Part shown: positions 25,403 to 39,290 of the stretch, piece by piece
Layout of the letters: every line of letters begins with the position of its first letter
Position numbering within the stretch: the first letter of the stretch is position 1
DNA from: the human T2T-CHM13v2.0 reference genome, Homo sapiens
Direction: 5' to 3' (one strand)
Assembly (NCBI RefSeq): GCF_009914755.1
Contig: NC_060926.1
Length of the DNA stretch: 64,000 nt
Position numbers and translations under genes: made by a program
The notes under the pieces: generated by a model
The model's input: only the letters and a program-made list of their open reading frames with translations
Told to the model about the DNA's origin: nothing
The model's database searches: none

Positions 25403-28400
25403 TGTTTTCATCCAGTGCCACTCAAAAGGAATAATGGTGATGCTGTCCCTCTGGGGCTACCTATGGGGCAGGAACATCAAAGAGGCCCAAGACTGGACGG
25501 AATGCCCTTCTTATCTTTCTAAGAAATGGTGATCTGGGGGCTTTGGTACAGCAGGGGAGAAGGAATGCTGGGTCTGGGAAGCTCTCAAGTCAGGGCCAAA
25601 CACCCCTTTCTTAAGCATGCCAGCTTGCTGACTCACATCTTCGGGAGCTTGGTCAGTGGGCTCCCAGCAGTCCCTGGAGATGTGGTCAGTAGAAGGAGTG
25701 TAGGAAATGCCAGTGTGTGACAAATACTATCGCTGGAGAATGACTGGTGAGCTTTTTGGGAGGTGCCCTGGGGGTCCAGGCTGAGCAGCTGGCAGGGGCA
25801 GGAGGTGAGTGTCAGCCTCTGAAGTCAGCCTGAGGTTCCATAAAGCCACATCCTTTTGCTCTCACTTCAGACCCATCTCACCTGTCACCATAGCCCTTGC
25901 CAGGTGTGCAGGTGCTTGCTGCCCAAGGCACCTTTAGCTACCCTGTGCTCACACGAGCCTGTATAGAGACATCCTTTTGGGTTGGAATGAATCCCTCCCT
26001 CAGAGAGGCTGGGGGCATTTCTGACTATTTCAGAGCTTCTAGAATATAATCTCCCCTGCAAGCATTTGACTATGGATCCTCTGGGCAGAAGAGACTTGCT
26101 TCTCCATGCAGGACCTACTTGTCTACAAGGAAAGAAATAGCTCCTGATCTAGTGCCCAGAGTTTGTTATTTTTAACAGCAAAAATATAGAGAAGTTACTA
26201 TTCAGAGCTTCTCTTCTGGCCAACACAGGCTATGGATGAGTGGAATGGAAAGGCTGCCATGTGTACATCACCACCTGCGTGGATTCAAGTCATGGTTCAG
26301 ATCTGCCTCGGCCTCCAGGAAAATGGCTCTACATAGCCAGTACACGGGCAGCTAGAGACATGCTGGGTCACTCCATCAACAACTATTTACTGAGCTCCTG
26401 TCATTACCAGGCACACTTCTGGACTTTTTGTTTTGTGAATTAACCTTTAAAAAAGCCAGAGACATAGGGGCTATATTGCAGCCCTATGACTGACTGTGAC
26501 CACATCCAAACCCCCCTCTCACCTCTGGCATTTATCAGACTCTGTACGGTGAATCTGGCCGTAGCATTTTCTGCAGAATTCAGAAGATGTCTGGTTTCAT
26601 ACAACTCCTCTCCACCCCTTCATTTCCATGAAGTTCCATCTTTAAGGTAGACTGACCGGGATGATCTGTCCGGAGGCTGCGACATCACTAGCCTTATCTT
26701 TTAATGTTGTTAATTCTAGCAGATGAGGTATGGGTATGTGGAAGCCGCTTTTCTTCTGAACCTAAGCAACAGCTGTAGGAACCATTTAGCCAGGAGGATC
26801 ATCAAACCACAGATGACCCCTTTGGGACCCCTGAGAGTCAGGGGAGCACTCATCACTTCATTATGTCCTCAACACATCCTAGGCTGAGCAAAGGTTCTGA
26901 ATGAAGAAATGCAGAGGTTGCTTGGACTTAGCCCGGGTTGTGGAGGAGACACTTCTTCCTTTCTCATCCTCACAAGGGGTCCTTACTCTGGCCCTACAGC
27001 AGCAGCACTAGAGGATCTGTCCAGAGCAAGGGCCTACTCTTTCTCCCTTGCTCCTGGTCTCTTCCCATAGAGCCTCCAGGCTGGAGTGGTGATGGGTGGT
27101 TCAAACTGCTCCTGTTACCGTCTCTGTCTGAGTCAGGGCTGCAGACCCTCCCCTGGGAAGCATGGCTGGAATTTCATACTTCCTTCAATCCTCATTCATT
27201 CATTCATTCATTCATGGAGTATGGATTGAGCTGCTACTGGGTACCAGTCAATCTCACTGGGTCCGCCTGGTGGTCTGCCAATCCAGATACTGAATACTTA
27301 CTATGGTGAAGGTGCTATCAAGGTGAGGCCAGGCAGGCCTGTTCAAGATTTGGGACATCAAATGGCAGGGCAAATGTGAGAGAAGGCAGCCCTCGATGCA
27401 AGAAGCGATATCTGGCAAACCCCCAGGGCAGCAGTGGGGTCTGGGGAGAAACTTAACACTGAAGAGGTCCCTAGGATCTGTGGTCATTGCAACTAGGAAA
27501 GCTGGTTTGCAACCCTTCTTCTACATGCTCAGCACCACCTTAGGACCTAGCTTTTCTGGATTTGAAGGGCTGGTACCAGATTCAGAACAGACAATTTTCC
27601 TGGCAGGGGCCACATAGAGATCCATATGCTTAGAATGTTGTAGTTTATTCTTTGAGGTTAGTAGAGAGATCATAGCAACCATAACGTTTGGGCTTTGCCC
27701 TCGAGGTTTTTCTGTCTGTGGAAGTACTGTGGGTATTCTTCCCAAAAATACAATGGGGAGTTCAGGGTCAAGAGGAGCCAGGAATCTCTGAAAAATGGAG
27801 GCAAATGATCCCTGTTCTTCCTTCCTGCACAGTGAGGAACAATGCCCTCATCCTGCACCATTTCATCCTGGCTCAGGGATAGAATGTCCTCATCACAACA
27901 TGCTGTTCTATCCCTGGGTTAAAGGAAGGAGAGATTAAATGAGGCCTACTGGATTTCCTAAATATTGCCTCCTCCCATTTCTTAGAGTCCCATAGACAAG
28001 GCTTTCCTCATAGAAGAGGCTTTCATTTTCTTTTAAATCACAGGGTTGTTTATAAGACAGATTAAGCATAAACTCAAATGCTAAATCATCTGATACTCAA
28101 CAGTCTGATACCAAATATCTGAAGTAAAAAGCCTGTGACCCGATGATGGCATTCAAGTGATAAATCACTCTGATCAGAAAAGGATGCAAGAAAAGCAGCT
28201 GAAAGTCTGTCTCCCCAGCCACGTGGCTTTGATCTCTGGGAAAGTGGATATTAGTGCAGACAGCAGTTCATAGGTCTTGATTAGTCCGTTCAAACCAGTG
28301 ACTATGATTTCTCTGTAGATACAAGCACAAAAAAAGTCAATAAACGTTGGGCTGAACTTTAAACAACTGTCTTTTCAGAGAAAACCCAGTTGCATACAAG

Positions 28401-29499
28401 GAAGATTACTGCACTAGCCTGAAGACAAATGTCTACAAATATTATACGCTCAAGTGCAGGGAGGAGTTTTGTTCAAGGCAGCACAGAAAACAAATTACTC
28501 TGGTCTTAAATAAGATCCTTTGAACGGGCAGCAGCAAATCAGTACAAATTAGGACAAATGCATTCTTGACTGATATAATTTCCTTATTCTGCCTGAAAAA
28601 TGCCACCAATCAGACTATAGACAGCTATGTCCCAAAAACTGGGGCCTCCGGTTACATGGTGGTTGAGTCAATTTGGTGGAAGTTCAAACCCCTAAACCAG
28701 CTCTTTATTCCACTTCCTGGGTACTGGTCTTATATTTCCAGGCAGGCAATTGAAATTTGACCGTGGTTTTATTTTGCATCTCTTGGCCAGCAAATGTAAA
28801 TGCAGCACCCATAAAGCACTGAGTCCCCAGAGCCTGTGGCAGGGCCAGCAGAGACTGGATGTAATTGGGAACAAGAATGGTTGCAAGATCTGTTTTCCTG
28901 GGATGGTCCTGGCTTAGGACTATGGTTCTAGAGTCCCTTCCGGCTTGCATTTGCCACTCTCTACAGTTTCTCAGTTTGGAATGATGAATTACAGTCACTC
29001 TAGGGGAGATCATTTCCCTAGCCCCAGGCATTGTTTCAAAGAATGGATGTACATGGGGGCTTTTTGTTTTAGATCAAGGAAGAGTCTGTGCTTAGGCAGG
29101 TGGTGTTGAGTCTAGAGAGAGAGGATAGGCACCCACCCAGCCATGGGTCTTTTCTTCCCACAGGCACCTCAGACTGAGCACTGGAATGGGTGAGTCAGAG
29201 GCTGAAGGGGCCCTACTGATGAGGGGTCTTGTGAGATCTGGTGGAGAGGGGTAGGCTTCCCATTTCTGTGCTGAATGGAGAGGCAGCATCTGCTAGAGAC
29301 CAGGGAGGTGCAGGGCCCCAGTGGCAGGGAAGCAGGTTCTTTCACAGGACTCCAGTTCCCTACCTCTCAGGGCTTAGCCAGAGAATGCACACTGAGCTTA
29401 CCAGTAATACAAGTATTTTGGTAAAACCTGACTCAAATACTGTCATCATCTTCCGGTCCAGACTCCACTCCACTCCTGGACAGCAGCTAGTACTTTGTG

Positions 29500-29670
29500 T
29501 TTGGCCCTGCTTTTCTAGAACCTTCGTTTGGGGTACTTCTGTCTCCTACCAGACTGCAAGCTCCCCAGGGCAGGGAATTCATCTTTGCCTTACTCACACA
29601 ACCTGGCCACACTCATTAAGTTCATTAGAGGGTGCCCAAGCAACATTGGTTGAATTAATGAATGAAACAT
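29500..29670 (+). mobile_element. L2 3' end
   Basis: CCTACCAGACTGCAAGCTCCCCAGGGCAGGGA..TTGAATTAATGAATGAA. Confidence 0.7.
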
Positions 29671-30367
29671 AATGAAATACAATGCATCTAATTTTCCAGC
29701 TTGGCAGCAGCTGGCAAAACTTAAAAGCTGAAGTTATCAAGGAATGGGCTAACTCATAAAACACTTCAGCCCTCTTTACCCCTTTTTGGTCCAGGAAACA
29801 CCGGTGATCACAGTAGCTCTTTGTGTGCATTGTTAATGACAAGAGTCTAAACATGCAAGTCTCTCTTTTTATCCATGATTTTTTTTTTCCTGAGATAGAA
29901 TCACTTTATCATGCAATGAAGCTATATGAAGGTAAGATGCCTGAGAGAGTGTTTACCTTGCTAGAAAATATTTAGACGTGTGTTGAATGACTGATTTCGA
30001 GGTCCAACTCTGCATCCTTCTTCAAGAGACCTCTCGGGTGAGAGAGCAATGAATAGTGGCCCTTGGCTACCGTGTTGGGTCTGCACGGCTTTCAGGGGAG
30101 ATGGCCACTCTTTATTGACAGGCATTTCCCTTATTTAACCACATGTTCCACGCACAGATGGTATTTATCTTCAGGAGATGACTCACGCCCTTGTCAACAT
30201 ACCTTTCTATATTAAATATCCCTATCACATACAAACTGGACCTCAGAGTGGGCTGGGTGGTATTAGAACAATCTCTTCCCCCTTTTTAGAAGCTGTGAAG
30301 ATTTTTGAATTTACTCACAAGATCTACTTCCCAATGAACTAAGACTTTGTAGGATTTTCCTATTTAA

Positions 30368-30555
30368 GATCTGGGTTTAAACTCAGCTCTTCCATTTAAC
30401 TGGCTATGTGGTCTTAAGATTACTGTCTCTGTGCCTCTATTTAATTACTTATAAAGTGAGAGCAATTTTCCTGATCTTATAGAGTCACTGAGAAGATTAA
30501 GTGAGGTAGTGGCACTGAGAAAGTTTGAAGCAAATATTTTTTGAATAAATAAATG
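30368..30555 (+). mobile_element. MIR
   Basis: CTGGGTTTAAACTCAGCTCTTCCATTTAACTGGCTATGTG..GAAGATTAAGTGAG. Confidence 0.65.
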
Positions 30556-31372
30556 ACTAAAACAATAATATAAATGTTAAAAATCATCAACCAATTCAGT
30601 GTGTATAATGAGGCTTATTATTTACTGAGTGATCCCCGTGCATAAAGAATAGCTCTAAGTTCTTAAACCCATACCACCTTGTAGTTAAGGAATTAGAATG
30701 TAAGCCTACATCTTGTGGGTGGGCACCCAAGGCCACACTCTTAACTTCTACCTGCACTGCCTCTTCTTATTTGTAATAAATGTAATAAACTCCTTTTGGC
30801 ACTAAATACTGCCCTGGAAAAAATGGTCAGCTTCTTCAACTGCGGCTGCCTTTACGCTAATGTAACTGAGGTTCTTAGAGTTTTATAACTTACTGAGCGA
30901 AATAAAAAAAAAAAAAATACCCTTATGACACCTTGGTTTCTGCACTAAGTAATTAATGACAAATTTGGGGATCAGGTATCTAGCTTCTGTTACCTGATAT
31001 TCTGAGCTGAGAATGCATCAGACTCAGGCCTCAGAAATAACTTCACTGAGAGTAAAATGGGAACAAGTTTCTAGTTAGTGAAAACTGGAGCGTATGATGA
31101 CTTGACTGTACACGTGGGGCAAATAGCAGTCCTCTCTCTCCCATTTCTGGAAAGGGTTTCGTTTCTCTTGGGCCCAGTATTTTCCTGGGTTCTGATAGCC
31201 TCTGCTGACTTTGAACTCATCCTCTGTCATTGTAAAAAAGTATACAAGCATTTGCTCAGAACTGTGCTAGACTCTGTGTGATTGCTTCAAGACAGCTCTA
31301 TCGAAATAAGAGTTATCACTTATTATGAGGCTGTGATGCTCTAGGGACTATGCTAAGTGCTTCATGTATTTT

Positions 31373-31560
31373 TATAGTCAGGGTAGGCTAGTTTATGCTG
31401 TGGCAACAAACAACTCCCAAATCTTAGTAGCTAACAATGAGCTTACTTCTCAATCTCATTAAATGTTCAGTGCCGGTTGGCTGGGGGCTCCACTCCACCT
31501 CGCCTCACACAGTGACCTGGAATAACAGAGCTTCCACCATCAAATGTGTTACTGGTCTCC
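31373..31560 (-). mobile_element. Old MLT1 (J/K/L-like) LTR fragment
   Basis: TAGTCAGGGTAGGCTAGTTTATGCTGTGGCAACAAACAACTCCCAAATCTTAGT. Confidence 0.6.
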
Positions 31561-32107
31561 CGGAGTCCCACCTCTAGAATTCTTGCATACAATATCGAAA
31601 AGTCTCCCGAACTTTCGTAACTTTGCCATCTTGGGCTCTTAAAGAAAACACTAATTGTATGTTTTGAAATCCAGAAAAGGAAAGGAGTGAGGGATGTTAA
31701 GATCAGTCACTCCAGCGATGGCTTAAGCCTCCCCTGGCACAGGCCCCAGGGGTGAGCTTGCTTCTGTGGATTTCCAGCCGGGAAGCACCACCCCGGTTTA
31801 TTTTCAGAGGTGGAAACTCAAGCAACAATTATCTCCCATCACAGCAAATTAAAAGCCCAGGCTCACCCATCCCAGGAGCGGGGCGAGCACAGGACCATAA
31901 TGACAGGCCAAGGTTAGTGCATTTCCTTTAAAGGCATGAGCCACTCATGAAACACAAAATAAACAGAGACATAAAAGTCCATGGAAAAGGCCCACAAGTG
32001 AGAGCAAGCGTTCGTGCCAAGATCAGAGAGTGTATTTTGATTTTTCAGGAGATTGAGGATTGTAGCAGCAAAAACTACTCAGTGGATGAGTTGTGGTCTG
32101 TGTTTAA

Positions 32108-32649
<542 letters not shown>

Positions 32650-33009
32650 TAGTCTATGCCAGCATCATTGACAGGAACTTAGCCAAAACTCACCTCTTTC
32701 AGGAAGTCCTCCAGGACTAATGCTTCTGGGTTCTACAACCCTCCTGTTGCAGGTTGTTTATATATAGCTGTCTCTGCTACTTAATGTCAGTGAAGATTTG
32801 TGGTTGTGTCAGTTTTTTGGGGGAGTTCTTTTGAGCTTTGTTATCATATAAGATCTTCAGGAGTATAGATTTTTATTTTTCTTTATATTTATGCTACACA
32901 CGTTTAACTTCCAAAAAACATTTTCTCATGCACCACCTAATTTTATCTTCAGTATCACCTAGTGAGGTGGGTAGGGATTCCATATGACAGTTAGGAACTT
33001 ATATAGCAA

Positions 33010-33520
33010 GATGGCTAGGAGTATGGGCTTTGGCTTGGGCAGGTTTCTAATCTCTCTAAGCCCCAATTCTCTCATCTGTAAAACAGGGATAAAAATAGTT
33101 TCTGCCCATAGGTTATTTTAAGGATTAAATGAGATAACACAGGTAACATGCTTACCTCACACAATAAAATTGTTGTTGTTTTAATGATGATGGAACTCAG
33201 GCTCAGAGAAGTAAATATACAAGAGGTGGCTCAGTGTGGTATGGAAAGCACCTGGGCTTTGCATCCAGCATGCTCAGGAAATGACTGAATAAAATAACTG
33301 GATGCTTTAAAAAAAAAAAAAAAAAAGAAAAGAAAAGGGCTTGGAGGCAACAGATTCTGATGATATCTGACATGTGGTGACTTTGGAAAACCACTTTGCC
33401 TCTCTGGACCTCGGTTTCTTCATCTTTTAAATATGAAAAAAATATATCATGTGTCACATATGTGTTGGGGGGTTTGAGAGGATTCATTCAAAAGTACTTT
33501 TGAAAGCATAATGTAAACTG
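33010..33520 (+). mobile_element. Two MIR fragments
   Basis: CTCATCTGTAAAACAGGGATAAAAATAG..AGGATTAAATGAGATAAC and CTCTCTGGACCTCGGTTTCTTCATCT. Confidence 0.7.
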
Positions 33521-33892
33521 TGGCATGCCTCAGAAATGTTAATTTAATTAACCTGCTTAAATTCATGCAACAGGTCCATGCTGGAGCCAGATTGCCTTAT
33601 CCCTGGTGTCATCTCCAGCAGGCTGAGTCCCCTTGGAGCCTCCATAAATGCTGCTGGCTGGCTGGCGGGGCACATGGGTGGGCTGCGTACCACACTCCAA
33701 GCACTTAGCATTGAGCAGTGGTGGCTCCAGCTGGCAGCCTCACCCTCTCTCCTCCCCACACTCATGGACATTGAAATTGTGTAGAGAAAGCAGAGCTCAG
33801 AAACCAGAGCCATTTCTGCTCTCCCTGACTCCTTCACCTCATCTCTGCTGTTGACAAAGAGAACAAGAGGGGCAGTGAGAGAGATTTAACTA

Positions 33893-33969
33893 TGACGTTG
33901 GTGCAGAAGTAATCGCGGGTTACATTAAAAGTCATGCCAAAACCCGTGATTACTTTTGCACCAACCTAA
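33893..33969. mobile_element. MADE1 MITE, full length, palindromic
   Basis: TA-flanked (33891-2, 33970-1); arms GTTGGTGCAGAAGTAATCGCGGGTT and AACCCGTGATTACTTTTGCACCAAC. Confidence 0.92.
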
Positions 33970-34902
33970 TAAAACGGATCCTAGTGCATTAGGGATGGTG
34001 GCACTGGGAATGAACCTAAGAAGGAAGGGAGGACTCTTAGAATCCACACAGCAACCTGCATCCCAAAGCATGTGGATTTTACTAGTGTTTTCCCATTGGC
34101 CCATGGACTAACTTTTCAGAAACCAGCTTCTTTTTTTGATTTTCAGGGAGAATGTGGTTTGTTTTCACTGCATGAAGTCACTTCGGCCTTCTTCCCTGTC
34201 TGTGGGCAAGTTCAGGGTAGAAACTACCAGGTACTCTGAGAACTACGCCATGGACTTCCCTGCTCAGAGAAGAACAATCTGCTTCTGACGTTTCACTTTG
34301 GTTGTAAAGGACTTCAGGGATTATCTCAGCCTCTTCAAACCAAAATTCCTCTGAAATGCTTAAATTGGCCCAGATAGGGTCAGGTCTGGAATAATCAGTT
34401 CAGCTTATGCTGAAATACTTTATTTCCATCCTGCCTGCTTCCACATCCACTTTTCTGAGCATTATTTCCTCCAGAACAATTTAGAGATCTCTGAGGAGCT
34501 GATTAGATGATGATGAGGTGAGCATGCTCCCACCACATGGCCACAAGGATTGATAGAGATCAAGGACTGAGAGGTTTGGCCCCAAGCTTGACTGAGGATG
34601 ATGTCGGGGATATTCCCAAGACCCTCTATCAGACACAGATGGTCTGACCCTTTATTGGTCATAAGGATGAAGTGGAAGTTAATGAGACTCTCAGCTTGGA
34701 ACTCCCTGGATGTAAGATTATAGCATATCTGTTTATCCAAAGAATTACGTGTGTCAGAGCAGTAGGTCTTCACAAATTCATTAGGTTTATAACAATCAAC
34801 CATAGTTACAGGAGAAAGATGCTGTGAGCTCCCTTTATACCCCTGTTCAGTATCTGTACAATCTTACCCTCTAAACGTATTCCTTCTGTCTCACCTTAAT
34901 CA

Positions 34903-35451
34903 TGTATTGCTTATCTATTTCCTCACAACAGTCTACCTCAAAATTTGTGGCCTACAATGGCAACCATGTAAACCATGTATTTGCTTATGCTTCTGTAATT
35001 TGGACCAGGTTCAGCTGGGCAGTTCCTCTGCCAGTCTCACCCGAGGTCATGTTCACTGCAGTCAGTTGGCAGGTGAAGGTGTGGGGAGTTGGAGAAAGAC
35101 TCACTGGTCCCAGCCAGCCTCAATCACATGTGTTGGGCCTCAGTGGAGATGACTGGAACTACTGCGATGAGTAGGACACTCTCCCCATGTGATCACTCAT
35201 CCTCAAGGAGACCAGTCTGGGTTTTCTTAAGCCTGGGAGTCACAGGGCATCAAGAAGGTGAAAGCAGACACTCAGGGCTCAATATCACTTCTGCCACATT
35301 CCATTGATCAAAGCACATCATAGTGCCAGCCAAAATTCAAGGGGCAGAGGAAATAGACTCTGCCTTTTATTGGATGACAAATTAACATTGCAAAGAAGCA
35401 TGTATCTAGGAATGGAAGAAATTTCTGGGGCCATCCTCATAATATATCACA
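34903..35451 (-). mobile_element. Old MLT1 (G/H/I-like) LTR
   Basis: TGTATT..TATCTATT..CTACCTCAAAATTTGTGGC..CACTTCTGCCACATTCCATTGATCAAAGCA..AAATAGACTC. Confidence 0.7.
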
Positions 35452-35569
35452 GTCACTAAAGCTGCATATTTATAAATTATTCCTTTCACCCTTTAGAAAT
35501 GGCCTGTTCCTTATTGGCAAGGGCAGATGGAGACTCCAATTGGGATGACTCATTTAAGTGGGGCTATAG

Positions 35570-35870
35570 AATGAACATTTTTATGGAATGTCAACTGTGT
35601 GTAAGCATTGTATACATATAATCCTATTTAATTCTCAAAACAACTTCATGATAGGTCTTACCTCCATTTTATTACTAAGAAAGCTGATGTTCAGGGTGAG
35701 TTAATGAATTACTGAACGTGACTCAGTTGTCATGGAGGGAGTTGAGGATTTCTTCACCTGTAAAATGGGAATCATAATACTTACCACCAGCATAGTTGGT
35801 AGGATGAAATTAAGTGCTTTGTGTGGAAGTGGCTGGTAAACCCCAAAGCACTGTACAAATGTTAATTTTC
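35570..35870. mobile_element. MIR fragments (- then +)
   Basis: TTTAATTCTCAAAACAAC..CTCCATTTT and TTCACCTGTAAAATGGGAATCATAATACTTACC. Confidence 0.65.
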
Positions 35871-36809
35871 ATTTTCATTGAGCCAAGCAGACATTTTGAG
35901 GGGAGGAGGGTTGTCTAGGAAGGCGCCAGAGTCATCTGAGCCAGACACCAACTGTTGTGTGTCTCTCAGCTGCTATTTACTTTGGCTTCAGACCAAATCC
36001 TTCACGCAATGCCTTTGGCGGTCACAGACGAGAAAGAGCCCTGTGGGCCAGGCTGGCAAGCCAGGACATGCTACAGGTGAAGACAGACACGCTTCCATTG
36101 GAAAAAGGAAGAAACTGAAACAAAGCTCTAAGTGCCTTGCTGCTATCCTCAACTTCTCTGGTTGCAAGGATTTTTAATATTTCACTCAAGGTCACATACA
36201 CAACCTTGAATTGCTCTGAACCTACTTTCTCCCAACTCTTCTTTTCACTAAATCTCATCCCAATTCTTTCCAAACCTCATTCTCTCATCATTATCCCATC
36301 TGCATCTTCAATCTATACACCCAATGTTTCCTCCCCCTCCTTGTCTTATTTGGATTCTGTAAGACCTAATTCTTACAGGGACCAGGAGGGAGGGTCAGCC
36401 TTTTGCAAAGTCAGCCTTCACCAGTCTTCTCTTTGCACATCTACCATCTACCTAAACTAAGATCTCTTCCTCCTTTGAGGTTTAGGCTGCTCAGATACAC
36501 CATGTTCTTTTTGCCTGCCTTGTTGCTGTCATCTGTTGACCTCCCATCAGTCACTACCATCCTTCTTTGGGAGTTCTGGCATCTCACTCATAGCCTACCT
36601 GCCGTCACCAAGGACAACTTCAACACTCATTGAACATCCTGGACTCAGAATTCCTCAACTTTTACAACCCCATTATGCTTCATCCAAGACAGCTGAATAC
36701 CATCCATCCACCGGTGAAAAAGGCTGCATTGCATTGCAGATTGACTAGTTCAACTCACAGAAATTGTTCACAAAAAATGCCTAATGCAGGTGACAAAAGA
36801 AAAGTCAAA

Positions 36810-37010
36810 TTTGGAGTCAGGAAATCTGGTTTTAGAGTCTTATCTCAACTCCTTACCAAGTGTTGAAAATTGAATAGGGTACACCTTCTCTAAACCTGAG
36901 TTTTCTCATACTTAAAAATGAGGAATAATAGTTTCTATAACACTAGGACATAGTAAAAACCAAATGGGATCTAGAGTGGAAAAAAATTATAAACTGTAGG
37001 ATACTCAACA
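36810..37010 (+). mobile_element. MIR/MIR3
   Basis: TTGGAGTCAGGAAATCTGG..CCTGAGTTTTCTCATACTTAAAAATGAGGAATAATAG. Confidence 0.65.
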
Positions 37011-37600
37011 AATATCACTATAAACCCTTGAAAGAAAATGTTTATGATTGTATAAATTATATGAATCCAATTTTTTTGTGTTAAGCCAAAAATGAAAAGA
37101 GAACAAAAATCGTGAATTCTGGTTCAGATGATGGATTGAATGCATTCTTCTATTTTCACTCCATCCCAAACTCCTGGATATTTTAAATTAAGAGTGAGAA
37201 GAATGAGAAAAGAGACAATTATAGCAATGTATTGGAAGCATGTGGTAAATAATAACAAAACAGAGAAAACTACATCCTTGGGCAGCTTTGGGAAAGCAGA
37301 GAGGGAACTGGATTTATACTACAAAATTTCCAAAACAATCAGCTGCCAGAACACTGGAAGCCAGGCGTTCACCTTACAGGCAGAAGATTGGACATACCTT
37401 CTCTGGGAAACCTGACTAGCTCAAGAGGAAACATCTTAAGATATTGACATTGGGAGTTCCAGCCAGATCACCCTATAAAGAAACTATATTCAACAAGACC
37501 CATCCATGTTTTGAAGCCTTTAATCAGTTTTTTAGTGCCTCAAACATGTAAACATAAGCAAAGACCATCAGACATATGAGGAAAGCTTCTAATGTGAGCA

Positions 37601-39224
37601 ATAGAAATACTACTGGTTTTTGTATGTTGATTTGTTTCTTGTAACTTTACTGCATTCATTTATTCTTACAAGTTTTTGTGTGTGTGTGTGTGACAGTTTT
37701 AGGGTTTCCTAGAAAGAAAATCATGTCATCTATGAGCAGAGACAATTTAACTTTTTCCTAATTTGGATACCTTTTATTTTTCTTGCCTAATTGCTTTGGC
37801 TAGGATTTCCAGTATTATGTTGAATAGAAATGGTGAGAGTGGGCATCCTTGTCTTGTTCCAGATCTTAGAGGAAAAGTTTTTAACTTTGCACTAGTATGA
37901 TGTTAGCTGTGGGCTTGTTATATATGGCATTTATTGTGTTGAAGTACATTATCTAGTTTGTTGAGTTTGTATCATGAAAAGATGTTGAACTTTGTCAAAT
38001 GCTTTTTGTGCATCTACTGAGATAATCATATGTTTTTTCCTTCATTCTGTTAATGCAGTATATTACAATTATTGATTTGCATATGTCAAACTATCTTTGC
38101 ATCCCAAAGATAAATCCCACTTGATTATGGTGAATGGTCTTTTTAATGTGCTATTGAATTTGGTTTGCTCATATTTTGTGGAAGATTTTTGCATCTTTGT
38201 TCATTAGGCATATAGGCCTGTAATTGTCTTTTCTTGCTGTGTCGTTGTCTGGCTTTGGTGTCAGGGTAATTTTGGCTTGTAAAATGAGTTCAGAAGAATT
38301 CCTCCTCTTCAATTTTTTTGGAAGAGCTTGAGAAAACTGGTATTAATTCTTCTTTAAATGTTTGGTAGAATTTAGCCTTGAAGCAATCCCTGAGTTTTTC
38401 TTTGATGGAATATTTTTATTTCTGGTTCAATCTCCTTACTCATTATTGATCTGTTCAGATTTTCTATTTCTTCATGATTCAGTCTTAGTATGTTATATGT
38501 TTCCAGGAATTTACCCATTTCTTCTAGGTTATCGAATTTGCTGCTGTGTAATTATTCATAGTAGTCCCTTATGATTCTGTGTATTTCTGTGGTATCAGTT
38601 GTAATGTTCCCTCTTTCACTTCTAATTTTACTTATTTTTCTTTGTTAATCTAGCTAAAGTTTTGTCAATTTTGTTTATGTTTTTGAAAACCAATTATTCA
38701 CTTTGTTTATCTATTGTTTTCTAGTCTCTATTTCATTTATTTCTGCTCTGATCTTTGTTATTTCCTTTGTTCTTCTAATTTTGGGTTTAATTTTTACTTT
38801 TTTCTTGTTTACTGAGGTATGACATTAAGTTGTTTATTTGAGATGCTTCTTTTTTAATGTAGGCATGTATTGCTGTAAACTTTCCTCTTAGAAACTGCTT
38901 TTGCTGCATCCTATAAGTCTCAGAATGTTGTGTTTCCATCTTCATTTGTCTCAAGATATTTTTAAATTTTCCTTTACATTTCTTCTTTGACCCATTGGTT
39001 GATTGTTCAGGAGCATGTCATTTAATTTCCACATATTTGTGAATTGTCCAGAATTCCTCCTGTTATTAATTTTTATCATACCATTGTGGTTAGAAAAGAT
39101 ACTTGATATTATTTCAATCTTCTTAAATTTGTTGAGACTTGTTTTGTGGCCTAACATATGATCTATCCTGGAGAATGTCTCAAGTGCACTTGAGAAGAAT
39201 GTGTATCCTGCTTCTGTTGGTTGG
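37601..39224 (-). mobile_element. L1 (L1MA/L1PB-age) internal ORF2 fragment, endonuclease end through RT
   Basis: YTFFSSALETFSRIDHMLGHKTSLNKFKKIEIISSIFSNHNGM (EN domain) at the right end, antisense RT sequence toward the left, no poly(A) tail. Confidence 0.9.
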
Positions 39225-39290
39225 AAAGAAACACAAAAATAAATCAATTTAGAGGAAGTGAAGATTTTGTAAGAGAAAAGAGCATATGTA

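Noticed and set aside
25800-29940. Consensus splice donors (GAG/GTGAGT ~25804, TGG/GTGAGT ~29190, AAG/GTAAGA ~29932)
   Set aside because: No convincing paired acceptors or open exons; such motifs occur by chance. Non-coding exons cannot be excluded without RNA data.
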